DNA of 36,896 nt from NCBI GenBank assembly GCA_001179505.1, contig CDMY01000647.1:1-36896 (forward strand). The letters run 5' to 3'. The DNA comes from Vitrella brassicaformis CCMP3155 (lineage: Eukaryota > Protista > Chromerida). Under the pieces are notes generated by a model, which was not told the DNA's origin, made no database searches, and was given only the letters and a program-made list of their open reading frames with translations. Numbering within the stretch: position 1 is the first letter of the stretch; the number at the start of each line of letters is the position of its first letter. The translations under genes were made by a program, and so were the position numbers. Of this stretch, positions 1-12,040 are shown one piece after another.

Positions 1-1004
1 GGCCCTCCCTCCTTCTCTCCCTCCCTCTATACGTGTCGATTGTATCTGTCCGTCCTGCGGGTTGCCTATGTGGGTGTGAGTGCCGCGGACAATGGAGGAC
101 TGACTGTCTGGGTCACTTCTCAATCATTGTGTGCTTGTACAGCCCCCTCTCTCTCTCTCGTTGTGTGGATGGAGTCGGTGTACTCCCATGTGTGCCGTGA
201 CGGACAGGAAACGAATTCATCAATAGTCAACTGAGATATACGCAGTCTCCCCTATACACATAAGTGACCCCCAAGTTCGTCAATGCAGACAACACACTTT
301 TAGACAGCCTGTCTGGCTGTACGCCTCCTGTTGAGCTACTGACATACCCACATACACACACTGCCACGTGTCAGAATGCGCGTGACGGCCATCGGCTCAC
401 CTGCCGATAGAGAGGGCGGCAATGCGGGTGAACGAAACATCAACACACCTGCCAGGCAGACACAGAGCACTCAGACGAGCAGATCTGCATGCCAGAATGC
501 GGCGTGACGGCCATCGGCTCACCTGGCGATACAGAGGGCAGCAATGCGGCTCAATGGAACATCGACACACCTGCCAGGCAGACACAAGAGCACCCAGACA
601 AGCAGATCTGCGTGCCAGAAGGCTGCGTGACGGCCGGAGGGTTTCTTGGGTTCAGGGTTTCTTGGCTGAACACTTCGCTTCGCGACGAGGCCGCCTCGTC
701 GGTCAGAGATCACACCGTCCTGACCGCTGCTGAGCACTCGATCTGCCGATGCCCATCTGACTGCCTCGGATCTGCGTAAAGGGACACTTCACGCACGGCT
801 CTCCGCAACGGAGCGGCCTCGGTGACCGCCGACCACACTGTGAGACTCGCCTACCTCCGCTCGACTCACACATACGCTGTTCGTCCCGAACCGTGCGCTG
901 GTTTCCACGAACTGGAACATTTCTAATTGGTTTTTAGGCCTCCGGCGGCAAACATAACCACCCTCCGTGAAACGCAATTACATTGCTTTTTCCGAGTGGG
1001 TGCA
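1..1004. repeat. Dispersed repeat block, copy 1 (other copies 3019-3838 and partial 2128-2718)
   Basis: 1-~480 is nearly identical to 3019-~3500. The shared tail ends at GAGTGGGTGCA (1004 and 3838). It contains degenerate 121-123 bp units at 372-640. Confidence 0.95.
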
Positions 1005-2177
1005 CGTCTGCGGGCAGCACATCTTGAGACTGATAGAGGGGCAGCGAATTCCGCCTTTTCGCTGCAGCAAGTCGATTCAAAGGGAGATCCCTTGGTAAGT
1101 CATTTTTGTTATTGCGCAGATCCGCTTTTTTAAGCTCGCCATTTCAGCAGCAGCGGTTTACGCTACTTGGCGATGAAGTGACGATGTCACTTCTGTAAGA
1201 ATAGGTGGGAGAGAGTCGGGGAGAATGGTGAAGAGAGGATCTGCCCGGCGGTCAGTCCCGGATAAAGGATTAAGTCAATGCAACGTAAGGTCTGTGGTTT
1301 TTGTGGAGAGTCCACGTAGGACATGTAGTATGCGTCAGTCCATTCTGTCTGACGTCCTGTCCGCCATGGCCTGTCTCATGGAACGGACAAAGACTCAACA
1401 GCCGTCCTGTCTCACAGATCAGTGGATCGTCGGTCTATGAACCCTAGACCCTAAACCCTGGACCGACTTGCACTTCTGACACCCCCTCTCAAGTCGGTGC
1501 AGAGTTAGGACATGAGTCTCCATAAAACTATAACTGAAACTCCGCGCGTGAGGTCTTCGCCACCTTGAGATCTGCACATAGGAGCCCTTCGCAAGAAGAA
1601 AGATCAGAAAGAAACGCGTCCAAGGCCATCAGAGGGGCGCAAGGACAAGAGAAGCATAGTGAAGCCGCAGATCCAGATAGCGGACATCACCATCGGAGAG
1701 AAGCGAAGGAGTGCTCCAGTGCAACCTCAAGCAAGTGGCTAAAACCACACAAGCGAGATAAACACTTCATAACAAGTTCTGCCTGCCTGTTATCCTCTGA
1801 CTCAGGTACTCGTGTGCCTCTCTGCCCNNNNNNNNNNNNNNNNNNNNNNNNNNNNNNNNNNNNNNNNNNNNNNNNNNNNNNNNNNNNNNNNNNNNNNNNN
1901 NNNNNNNNNNNNNNNNNNNNNNNNNNNNNNNNNNNNNNNNNNNNNNNNNNNNNNNNNNNNNNNNNNNNNNNNNNNNNNNNNNNNNNNNNNNNNNNNNNNN
2001 NNNNNNNNNNNNNNNNNNNNNNNNNNNNNNNNNNNNNNNNNNNNNNNNNNNNNNNNNNNNNNNNNNNNNNNNNNNNNNNNNNNNNNNNNNNNNNNNNNNN
2101 NNNNNNNNNNNNNNNNNNNNNNNNNNNCGCCTCCTGTTGAGCTACTGACATACCCACATACACACACTGCCACGTGT

Positions 2178-2718
2178 CAGAATGCGCGTGACGGCCATCG
2201 GCTCACCTGCCGATAGAGAGGGCGGCAATGCGGCTCAACGAAACATCAACACACCTGCCAGGCAGACACAGGAGCACCCAGACGAGCAGATCTGCGTCCC
2301 AGAATGCGCGTGACGGCCATCGGCTCACCTGCCGATAGAGAGGGCGGCAATGCGGCTCAACGAAACATCAACACACCTGCCAGGCAGACACAGGAGCACC
2401 CAGACGAGCAGATCTGCGTCCCAGAATGCGCGTGACGGCCATCGGCTCACCTGCCGATAGAGAGGGCGGCAATGCGGCTCAACGAAACATCAACACACCT
2501 GCCAGGCAGACACAGGAGCACCCAGACGAGCAGATCTGCGTCCCAGAATGCGCGTGACGGCCATCGGCTCACCTGCCGATAGAGAGGGCGGCAATGCGGC
2601 TCAACGAAACATCAACACACCTGCCAGGCAGACACAGGAGCACCCAGACGAGCAGATCTGCGTCCCAGAATGCGCGTGACGGCCATCGGCTCACCTGCCG
2701 ATAGAGAGGGCGGCAATG
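2178..2718. repeat. 122-bp tandem repeat, at least 4.4 identical units, running into an N gap
   Basis: CAGAATGCGCGTG recurs at 2178, 2300, 2422, 2544 and 2666 (period 122). Units are identical by eye. Confidence 0.97.
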
Positions 2719-3018
2719 NNNNNNNNNNNNNNNNNNNNNNNNNNNNNNNNNNNNNNNNNNNNNNNNNNNNNNNNNNNNNNNNNNNNNNNNNNNNNNNNNN
2801 NNNNNNNNNNNNNNNNNNNNNNNNNNNNNNNNNNNNNNNNNNNNNNNNNNNNNNNNNNNNNNNNNNNNNNNNNNNNNNNNNNNNNNNNNNNNNNNNNNNN
2901 NNNNNNNNNNNNNNNNNNNNNNNNNNNNNNNNNNNNNNNNNNNNNNNNNNNNNNNNNNNNNNNNNNNNNNNNNNNNNNNNNNNNNNNNNNNNNNNNNNNN
3001 NNNNNNNNNNNNNNNNNN

Positions 3019-3838
3019 GGCCCTCCCTCCTTCTCTCCCTCCCTCTATACGTGTCGATTGTATCTGTCCGTCCTGCGGGTTGCCTATGTGGGTGTGAGTG
3101 CCGCGGACAATGGAGGACTGACTGTCTGGGTCACTTCTCAATCATTGTGTGCTTGTACAGCCCCCTCTCTCTCTCTCGTTGTGTGGATGGAGTCGGTGTA
3201 CTCCCATGTGTGCCGTGACGGACAGGAAACGAATTCATCAATAGTCAACTGAGATATACACAGTCTCCCCTATACACATAAGTGACCCCCAAGTTCGTCA
3301 ATGCAGACAACACACTTTTAGACAGCCTGTCTGGCTGTACGCCTCCTGTTGAGCTACTGACATACCCACATACACACACTGCCACGTGTCAGAATGCGCG
3401 TGACGGCCATCGGCTCACCTGCCGATAGAGAGGGCGGCAATGCGGGTGAACGAAACATCAACACACCCGCCAGGCAGACACAGGAGCACCCAGACGAGCA
3501 GATCTATGCTGCGACGGAGGGTTTCTCTTCTTCTTGGGTTCAGGGTTTCTTGTCCCTTCACGAGGAGGCCGCCTCATCGGTCACAGATCACACCGTCCTG
3601 ACCGCTGCAGAGCACCTGATCTGCCGATGCCCGTCTGACTCCCTCGGATCTGCGTGAAGGCACACTTCACGCGCGGCTCTCCGCAACGGAGCGGCCTCGG
3701 CGGCCGCCGACCACACTGTGAGACTCGCCTACCTCCGCTGGACTGACGCATACGCTGTTCGTCCCGAACCGTGCCTAGGCCGCCAAAGTATCCACCCTCC
3801 GTGAAACGCAACTACATTGCTGTTTCCGAGTGGGTGCA
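3019..3838. repeat. Dispersed repeat block, copy 2
   Basis: Starts with the same GGCCCTCCCTCC as position 1 and aligns to 1-1004 with fewer internal repeat units. Confidence 0.95.
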
Positions 3839-3994
3839 TTAAAAACCGGAAAACCGCCGAAAAATATTTAAAACAACGCAAAATATTTATGTAGTTCCAG
3901 CCGACTTTGGCAACCCCGGAAGGACCGATCGGACGAACAAGCGGAGAAAAAGTAGTCCAGAGCACTCGCCCGGGCAAATGGGCGAAGCAAAATA

Positions 3995-4524
3995 AAGGCA
4001 ATCGGGCGCGTTGGCCTGCTGATCCCACTGCTTTTCGCATCGATCACCATCACTTGCATTTGGGTGTTTCAAAAGTACTTGCCACCGGCAGTGCGCCAGT
4101 ACGTAAAAACTTGGGAAATCCCGACGACGTCTTCACCACTAGATTCTCTCTACGTCCGCTTGCCGTTGAAGAGGTGAAGAAAATTCGCTCTCCGGCTGGT
4201 TTCAAAAATGACTGTGGATTCTCCGAGGATCATGAATCTATGCCATACAGTAGACGTCGTGCGTACGTTATGACATTGCCTGAAGCTGAGGGAGAACCGG
4301 CGCGTTACTCTCGCTTTCGGAAAGAATGGGCCACTGCATACCCTGAACTCGACATCGTGAGGATAACGACATTTCGATCCCGAAAGCGAGGGCTTGGCAT
4401 TCTTGCTAGCAGCATATGTGCAGTTGATCGTGCTGTGCAGGACAACGTTGATCTGGCCATGATTTTTGAGGACGACGCTTCGCCTTTCAAGCCATTCAAC
4501 CAGGATTCATGGAAGACTGACTGA
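3995..4524 (+). pseudogene. Truncated GT25-like glycosyltransferase pseudogene (inverted paralog of 33828-34769)
   Basis: Near-identical peptide RRRAYVMTLPEAEGEPARY...MIFEDDA. The start ATG is replaced by AAG (3995-3997), there is a 1-bp deletion near 4136, and homology ends at 4517. Confidence 0.9.
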
Positions 4525-5056
4525 CATACATTAAGTCATAGCGCAACGGCAGGCAGAGTCTGTCGGTCTCTCATGAAATGAACTGTGTCAATCGACCAAC
4601 TCTCAATCACGCGACAAACATGCCAGCACCATCCTCAGCGCCCGCCTGACGTATCTTCCAGCGGCGCCGCTCACCACGCACACACAAACTCGCACTACGT
4701 GCCAGCGCAACAGACAAACGAGCACGGACCGACCCCAGCACCTGGCTATACGACTTGTCTGCCCACGCAGCCCTGGTGCGCAGCTTCTCAACCATGCGGC
4801 TGAAAGCACAGCAAATGAAAGGCACACCGGGCTCCTGTCGGGCAAACGATTGAGTAGACCGCGGAAAATTGTTGTTCTGGATGTGTCGCGGCGGTCTGCC
4901 AAGTGCGAGCATATACCATGGACACACAGGTCGGCTGCAAACACACGCGGAGGCGGTGGTCACGGGTATGAGGGGAAGTCCGCGGATAGGTCGTTCGTGT
5001 GTACGGCAGACGGTCGATACAGATGCATTGATTCCACATCCATGTCCTCCTGTCTT

Positions 5057-5300
5057 GTTGCCGCGTCTTGTCTCGCGATGTCTGTGTCCGATGTTCTATG
5101 AGTAATGGCGCAAAGCTCGAGACTGCTGGATGAAGTGTTTGCTGGTAACTACTATCGTTGATAGCTTGAGCCTTCAGTAAAAGAAACCTTCACACATCCA
5201 ATCAACTCACTCTCACTTAAACACTTCATCCAGCAGCCTCGACCTTTGCGCTATTACTCATAGCACATCGGACAGACACCGCGAGACAAGACGCGGCAAC
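5057..5300. repeat. Imperfect inverted repeat (84/82-bp arms, 78-nt loop)
   Basis: 5057-5140 is the reverse complement of 5219-5300 apart from a few mismatches and a 2-nt indel. Confidence 0.92.
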
Positions 5301-5913
5301 TAATCTCGAGCTGGAAAGGGGCAGGTTGAAGCTTAGAAGTGGGACAAGGACGGCCCTTCATGCGGAGGGGTAACAAGGGCAAGCCGGGAGAGAGACATTA
5401 AACCCTTCTGTTTCAGCGTGTCTTTTTTCCCGTCTACTGCAGTGCCACATGTGGTCTCAAGTGAAGATGGTTCGGGGTGAGACACGTGAGCGATCCCACC
5501 CGTACAGTAGGTATCGCTTAAAGCAATCAGTACAGGGCTGATTGCTCTCCACGTTTGATTGGTTTGTATGACAAGCAAGTGATTGGTTTATCTTCTGCTT
5601 GTTTTTTGCGGGGTTTCTCGCCGTGAATGACTTACCAGAGCCCCCTCCATCACATTGACTCTTTTTTCCACGCTCAAACGCCTCTGAAACGACGAAAAAC
5701 CATCAGTTCTCTCACTCGTCACGCTGTGCGTCCATCCGCTGTTCACAGTTTCTGCTGTAATGCCGACGACAAATCTCCGTCCACGGGGCTGATTGAATGA
5801 GTGAGAGGACAGATGGCTTTTCGTCGTTTAGAGGCGTCGAGCGGGCAGAATTTTGCCCGCACTCGGTCATCAAACGCCTGCAGCAATCAGCCCCGTGACA
5901 CTAACCCAGATTC

Positions 5914-7536
5914 ATGTTCATTCATGGCCGCTTCATCATTAGGACATGGGTTCTCATCATTCTTGCCCTCTCTGGTTCAAGCTTTTTGGTTGTTCTTCTC
6001 CGCCTCGCGCCAGAGCTTTTTTGCTCATCATGCAGAAGGTCCCGTTGTGTTCCCTCTTCCACAGAAGCCCTTTTGAGGGCCTCGTCCGTGAATTCACTCT
6101 GGGCCAGACAGTTGGAGCTCATTGAAACATCCGATTCGCTTCGGCCGCCTGATCACTGTTATGCGTAAGAATTTCTTCAATTTCATCGAAAGAAACCACC
6201 ATTTTCTCCGGCTTTGCCGACTTGAAGCGGTTACGGTGGGCCGTGGATTGAGAGCTTTTTCTATCGCCACTGGCTGAAGTCACATTGCGGAGACGCGAGC
6301 GTCGAAGATATTTTTCCTGCCGACTGGGCGAATTGCAACCACAGTCAAAGGTTGTCGCATGAATTGAAGCGCTTGTATATTCCTGCAGCATGGACGAATA
6401 TCCAACAGCAAGGGTGCCCGGCAAAAAGCATTAATACACCAAACCACGGTTGACGTATGTGGATGTATTATGCAGAGGGTGTAGAGGAGAACGGCATGGG
6501 CTTCGACAAGGGAATCACAAAGCCCTCGCGCTTCTGCAGAGAATGGGAGATGCCAAGGCGTATACTGTCCTTCAGGTAGGAATAAATCAAATACAGAATG
6601 GCTTTCACTCGGCCGTTGCTCAACAGGATGCCAACGGCATCAGCAAGTTTCTTCGCACTAATGTTTCCGAGAATATCCGTGTCTTCGACGCAGGTTCCAA
6701 TGAGCGTGTGACCAAGTTTGATTTTTAATCTTGTGACTTTGCAGGTGGATCATGCAAAGGGGTCAAAGATTGTGTCGCAATTCCTCTCATCAAGGGAGAA
6801 CTCAAGTACCAAGACAGGATAGGAATGTGATGCAAATGCGAAATTTATTGGCTGGTTCGGTGTGCAGGCCAACCAGTAGAGTACGCGATATTTGGTTCTC
6901 CTCTGTAATCAAGAGAACGGATTTCCCTGTTCGGCGGGCAGTTTACTCCACCCTTCCAACAAAAGCAATCCGAGACCCTGACTTACAAAGCCCTACTGCT
7001 TGGGTAAGGGGTGTGTGCACAAATCGGATTAAAAAAAAGAAAAAACACTGACCGCTAACATTTTGTCCTTAGAACAAGTCCATTATGCTGCACTACAATG
7101 GTAAACGTTTTGCTGAGGTAATGGAGCGTTCCATTTTTACCCTTGCGGCACGAGGATTCGGACGCACGTCGTTCAGGTCTGCACACACAGCCACTTCCGC
7201 ACAGGAATCACCGTATTTGTGTGTCTGATCAGAATGTATGAGGCCATCCAATCAGGGAGCATTCCGGTCTACGTTTGGGACGATGTTGAGTGGTTGCCCT
7301 ATCGTGATGTTCAAGGGTTTCGATGGACAGACATCGGCCTGTCCTTCAGTAAGAAAGATATCCAGACAATTTTGCCAACCCTTCGTTCTCTCTCAGACAA
7401 TGAGATCCGTAGGAAACAGGCTAATTTGAGGTGTTTTCGTTTTTGGTTCACGTATGAGGGAGTCAGCGAGTATATCCTAAGACAGGCAAATGAAGAGACT
7501 GTCTCATTCCGTCCATGTGCGGGGCTGTTGATATAG
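5914..7536 (+). CDS. Exostosin/GT47-like glycosyltransferase, multi-exon, with N-terminal signal anchor
   Basis: Hydrophobic WVLIILALSGSSFLVVLL. Phase-consistent GT-AG introns (e.g. 6165-6227, 6414-6475) give YAGYGGPWIE, YTVLQDANG, VFDAGG..IPL and SIFTLAARGFGRTSFRMYEAIQSGSIPVYVWDD..LPY, matching the exostosin C-terminal motif. Confidence 0.85.
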
Positions 7537-8274
7537 TATCTGAGACGAATTCGTTATCATTAGAAACGGACTTTCTCGGAGTGAAAGGTACGACCAGCTT
7601 CGTCAGGGTGCGAGTCCTCCCATGAAGAAGAAGACGCGCTGCACAGCAGCCAGTCCGATTCATGCAACGCTGGGTTAATCCCTGGTGCGAAACTCACAGA
7701 CAAGCGGAAGTACGTGTACATCCCGGCGGAAGGCAGGCCGGGGAATGCACACGACAGCTCTTTTCTTCTTTCCCTGAAATACGTGTCATGACCAAAGTTA
7801 ACATTCAACAAAATAGCCACGAACTGGCAGTTTGAACACGCCCGGATGGAAATAAATGTGAAATGTCACTCGAGACAGCGATCCGATGAAACGCATACTA
7901 CAGAAATCGGATTCTCACATGACATCTGTCTCTTTCTCTATTTGATTTGAAAATACGGATTGCTTGACTTTGGGTGGTGTGACAGTAGCAGTCAGGACGT
8001 TTGGCATCGAACAAATGTGATTGCGACTTTCAGCACGATGGAGACTACAGAAATCGGAGAAATCGGAACTCGAAAGATACTGGAGAAATCAGGCTTAAAT
8101 CACCTGTCTCTCTCCCATTCTCTACAGATTTGACTTGAAAGTGATGGCCGAGACCACTTGCAGATAGAATGTGAATCCTACACTACGAGCAGCCAGGACG
8201 ATTCTCATCTCTGGCCTACCTGAGCGAGTGTCGAGCACATGGAAAAATGTACAAGCCTCGCTTGGGGTGGAGAG

Positions 8275-8330
8275 AAAGAAAAGAAAAAGAAGAGGAGAAG
8301 AAGAAGAAGAAGAAGAAGAAGGAGAAGTAG
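8275..8330. repeat. (GAA)n / purine-rich microsatellite
   Basis: Run of GAAGAAGAA with flanking AG-rich sequence. Confidence 0.9.
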
Positions 8331-8595
8331 GCAACCGACACATGGGAAAGAAGAGAGAGAGAGAAAATTAAGTAGGTGCATGACTGTTACACTTTCTTGT
8401 CTTGTCTCTATGCAGATGGCAACGAGGCCGTGCGGTTGTGCCCAGATGCAAAGGGCGATGTCTCTCTTTCCCGATACAAACGTAGCCTCTAATACGACTG
8501 TAATATTCCGTCTACCACTCGTCCTAAGCCTCACTACCAGCTGCTTACACCACACAGTCGTTGCCTCACTTACAGAGCGACACCTACCTCTCAAT

Positions 8596-9897
8596 TCACT
8601 TAACGCAAAACTTCGGGGAAAACGAATCTTCTTCCGCGCTGAGAAGCCACAAACCATACTTTTCGAGTTGCGCCTTCTTCCTCTCACGCCCGATAATCCA
8701 GTTTGCATGAACAGCCACAACCTGCTGGCGTTCTTCTGGAGTGAGACGCTCAGAGGGGTGAGGCCGAGCAACGCCGAAGAACCCGCGTCCTGAAGGGAAT
8801 AGCTTCTGGGGAAGGACGTGTACTGTAAAGTTTCGCTGCATTTCTTTCACAGCGCGATTTAACCCTTCCTGGAGTAGGATGAAAGATACTTTTTTAATAG
8901 GTAGAAAGGTACAGAAAGAGAAGAGGAAGTGCAATCCTTTGTGCTTCACCTGATCACCATAATCCTTCCTCTGCATCTCTTCCCTTTGCATTTGCCTTTC
9001 CCATTCTTGTATGAGCATGAAAGACTCAGGAGCCACAGGAAAATATTGAAAGCAACCGCAAAAACTGCAGAATAAGGATAAAGTGCAGAGATGATCCATG
9101 ATTACGGGCCGTAGAGTTGACGCTGCTTTTCACTGGTGGGCGTGCGGATTGTCAAGCTGAATGGATTGAAAAGATTGACGACGACGACAAAACGACACCT
9201 CTCTTACTTGAAGAACAATTCTCTTGCCGTTCCCCAGGTGATTGACCACGTTCTTTCTCCAAACCATGTCAACGTCATTGAAAAGCACTGAAAAGCCGCG
9301 CAGAAGGATCTCACGAAAAAAGTAAGGCCGTTCTTTGCAAAGCGATATAAAGTTCTTGTCCAGCCACTTCGTAGCGGCCGATGATATCTGCTTTTCAGGC
9401 GGAGCCCGGGCCACGTTGTGAGGGAACACTTGCGTGAGAATCTCCATGCATTTGTCGTCATAGCAGATGATCAGAAAGCTTTTAATCCCTTGTCTTTGAA
9501 TACTCCTGGCCCAGTTGACGGCAAAATCGACCTAAAACAAAAGACATAAAGAATCGGGGAGGCCGACCAAAGAGACAAATGAAGCCACCATGCCACAGTT
9601 GACTGTCGTTAAGATAATCAATCCACGGCTATCAGCAATTGACGAGAGCAGAGCCCGAGAGAGGAAATCAGAGGAAGCATCCGACGGGACCTCATCGTGT
9701 GCGGAGGAGCCGTTCGGCAACATCGCTGGTCTGAGTGCTCGCAAGTCCCTAAGACTGTCGTAGGACGCGGCGCTCCAGAGAGAGATGGAAAGCACAGACA
9801 AGACGGCAAAGACTGCAACAAGGACTATCGAACGTCTTGACGAACACCTTCGTCCTTGACGGAGCTCACTTTGAGGAGCTTTCTCGGATGAGCTCAT
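8596..9897 (-). CDS. Nucleotide-diphospho-sugar transferase (GT77-like), multi-exon type II membrane protein
   Basis: TM segment IVLVAVFAVLSVLSISLW. Spliced motifs LTTVNCGM|VDFAVNW, RPYFFREILLRGFSVLFNDVDMVW (DxD) and LPQKLFPSG..FF...VHANWIIGRERK..GLW. Confidence 0.88.
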
Positions 9898-10854
9898 AGA
9901 AGCAAAGCAGAAGTAAACTCACTAGAACCACTCACTTAAAGTTGTGTTTTATAGAGTGCCCCCGGGTGCAGAGCCACAGCACTCGAGCCAGAGCACACGC
10001 ACACAGCGCGTGGCGACTCGCGACGCAACTTCGCGGACGCTTTTTTGACGGGCGACGCCTGGGGTGCATCCACCAAGCATCCCCGCTCCCATCCTCTTCA
10101 TACCTCTTCGAAAACCCCTCACGGTGATCCCCCCCCCCCCCCCCCCNNNNNNNNNNNNNNNNNNNNNNNNNNNNNNNNNNNNNNNNNNNNNNNNNNNNNN
10201 NNNNNNNNNNNNNNNNNNNNNNNNNNNNNNNNNNNNNNNNNNNNNNNNNNNNNNNNNNNNNNNNNNNNNNNNNNNNNNNNNNNNNNNNNNNNNNNNNNNN
10301 NNNNNNNNNNNNNNNNNNNNNNNNNNNNNNNNNNNNNNNNNNNNNNNNNNNNNNNNNNNNNNNNNNNNNNNNNNNNNNNNNNNNNNNNNNNNNNNNNNNN
10401 NNNNNNNNNNNNNNNNNNNNNNNNNNNNNNNNNNNNNNNNNNNNNNCCCCCCCCCCCCCCCCCCCCGGGAAGATGTGGCTCCTCGCAGCATGGGCGGCCT
10501 TTCTGGGTGGTGCAAATGCTGCTCGAGGCCAGTATTCAAGCGAGTGCTGCCGTTCATCCTCCTCGCCATTACCCACGTCATTACCCTCGCGCCGCACGCC
10601 GACGGACAGCATCGGGGAGCCACCACCCCTCACAGCCTACAGCCCAGTTCTTCACGGAGATCTTCCATCGGCTGGTCCATCGACTTCAACGCCCCTGCTG
10701 CTGGATCCGCCGACTTAACAATTCCTCCGTTCTTCGCTTCTACTGAGGCCACGACAACAACGACGAGTCTCTTCTGCCCAAGGACGAGAGGGACGACAAT
10801 TGACAGGCAGTAACAGCCACCGAGTCACAGCAGAACTCGGTTGACGTCATGATG

Positions 10855-11235
10855 TCAGCCCCCCGTGTGGGGCTCGCTAATAACTACACCAAACCGCGAC
10901 ACACCCTCTTCAACGACTCGCAACGCCAAACAACACTCGGGCCGCCGAGCGGTCACATAGCCACAGAAAGCAGCGTTACGGATTGGCAGAGTGAGTGACA
11001 AGAGAGCCGCCGAGCGGCCAGTCACAGAGGACAGTACAGAAAATCGACAAGAAGCATGAGGATTGCCAACCCCTAGAAAAAAAGCTGCTTCCCCCGAACC
11101 ATCCACCGCTACTGCAGTTACTGTTGCTGCAGACCCACTACGACTGATGTGCCACCACGTGTGCCACCATAATTGGGAGAGCACGGCACCCAGCACGAGC
11201 GCGAGCAGCAGCTTGAGCAACTGGGTGTGCGCCAT
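10855..11235 (-). CDS. Possible signal-anchor protein N-terminus, unknown function
   Basis: ORF begins MAHTQLLKLLLALVLGAVLSQLWW. No recognisable domain follows. Confidence 0.25.
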   Translation of the reverse strand: MAHTQLLKLLLALVLGAVLSQLWWHTWWHISRSGSAATVTAVAVDGSGEAAFFLGVGNPHASCRFSVLSSVTGRSAALLSLTLPIRNAAFCGYVTARRPECCLALRVVEEGVSRFGVVISEPHTGG

Positions 11236-11724
11236 TGTGCGACACGGTGGCAGGCAGCGCAGCCTGCTGTGTGCTGAATCCATTGTGTTCAAAACCGGTG
11301 TGTGTCCTGGGCGAAGCCTGGGAATCCACTTTAACATTCGACACGCCGGCGGGCGTGACGACTTGAGATGTTAAAGTGGGGTGCACACGCGGTGCACATG
11401 GGACAAAACTAGGAAAAGAATGTCCACCAGGCGCATGTAATAGAGGAGAATCACACGATGAAAGGCGGGGGTGCCAACGTCAAGGCGTGCCGTTCTCAGC
11501 AATGACAGCAAAGTGATCACACGGATGATACCTGCGGACGAGTACAATATACCGCTGCCTGACGTGCTTCTTATTACTGGCCCGCTTAAGGGACAGCAGT
11601 TCAGGGAGAACTGTGAGAAAGCTGTAGCAAACGTTAACGCGAATAGGTGTGCCAATCAAAGGCTCATCTGATTGGTCTAGTAGCGCGAATGATTGTCTGT
11701 ATGAATGTAGTATGAATGTACTGA

Positions 11725-12040
11725 CTCATTGGTCAGACAGAATTGAGTGAAGAATATCTCGCCAACCAGAGTGAGTGGGGTGATGATGTTGACACTGGAT
11801 TGATTCGCTACGATGACGGTTCAGATGCGCCGGGCGCGGTCCGTGTCTGTCAGGTCACTGCAGAGAAAGCGGTAGGTCAGATACACAGTGGTCAGACAGA
11901 ATTGAGTGAATCACATCTCACGAACCAGAGTGAGTGAGATAATGATGTTGACAATGGATTGACAGCTTTTGAGTGAGAGTTCAGATGCGCGCAGCGCGGT
12001 GGTCACAGCTGCTTTGGTTGCTGAGAACGGAGCGCTATTA
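11725..12040. repeat. Two diverged ~159-bp tandem units
   Basis: GGTCAGACAGAATTGAGTGAA at 11731 and 11890; GTTCAGATGCGC at 11819 and 11979. Confidence 0.85.

Noticed and set aside
2178-2718. CRISPR array
   Set aside because: The units are identical over all 122 bp with no unique spacers, there are no cas genes, and the context is eukaryotic.
8122-8793. Poly-Arg/Glu/Leu/Ser ORFs
   Set aside because: They arise from the (GAA)n tract and from shadow frames of the GT77 last exon.
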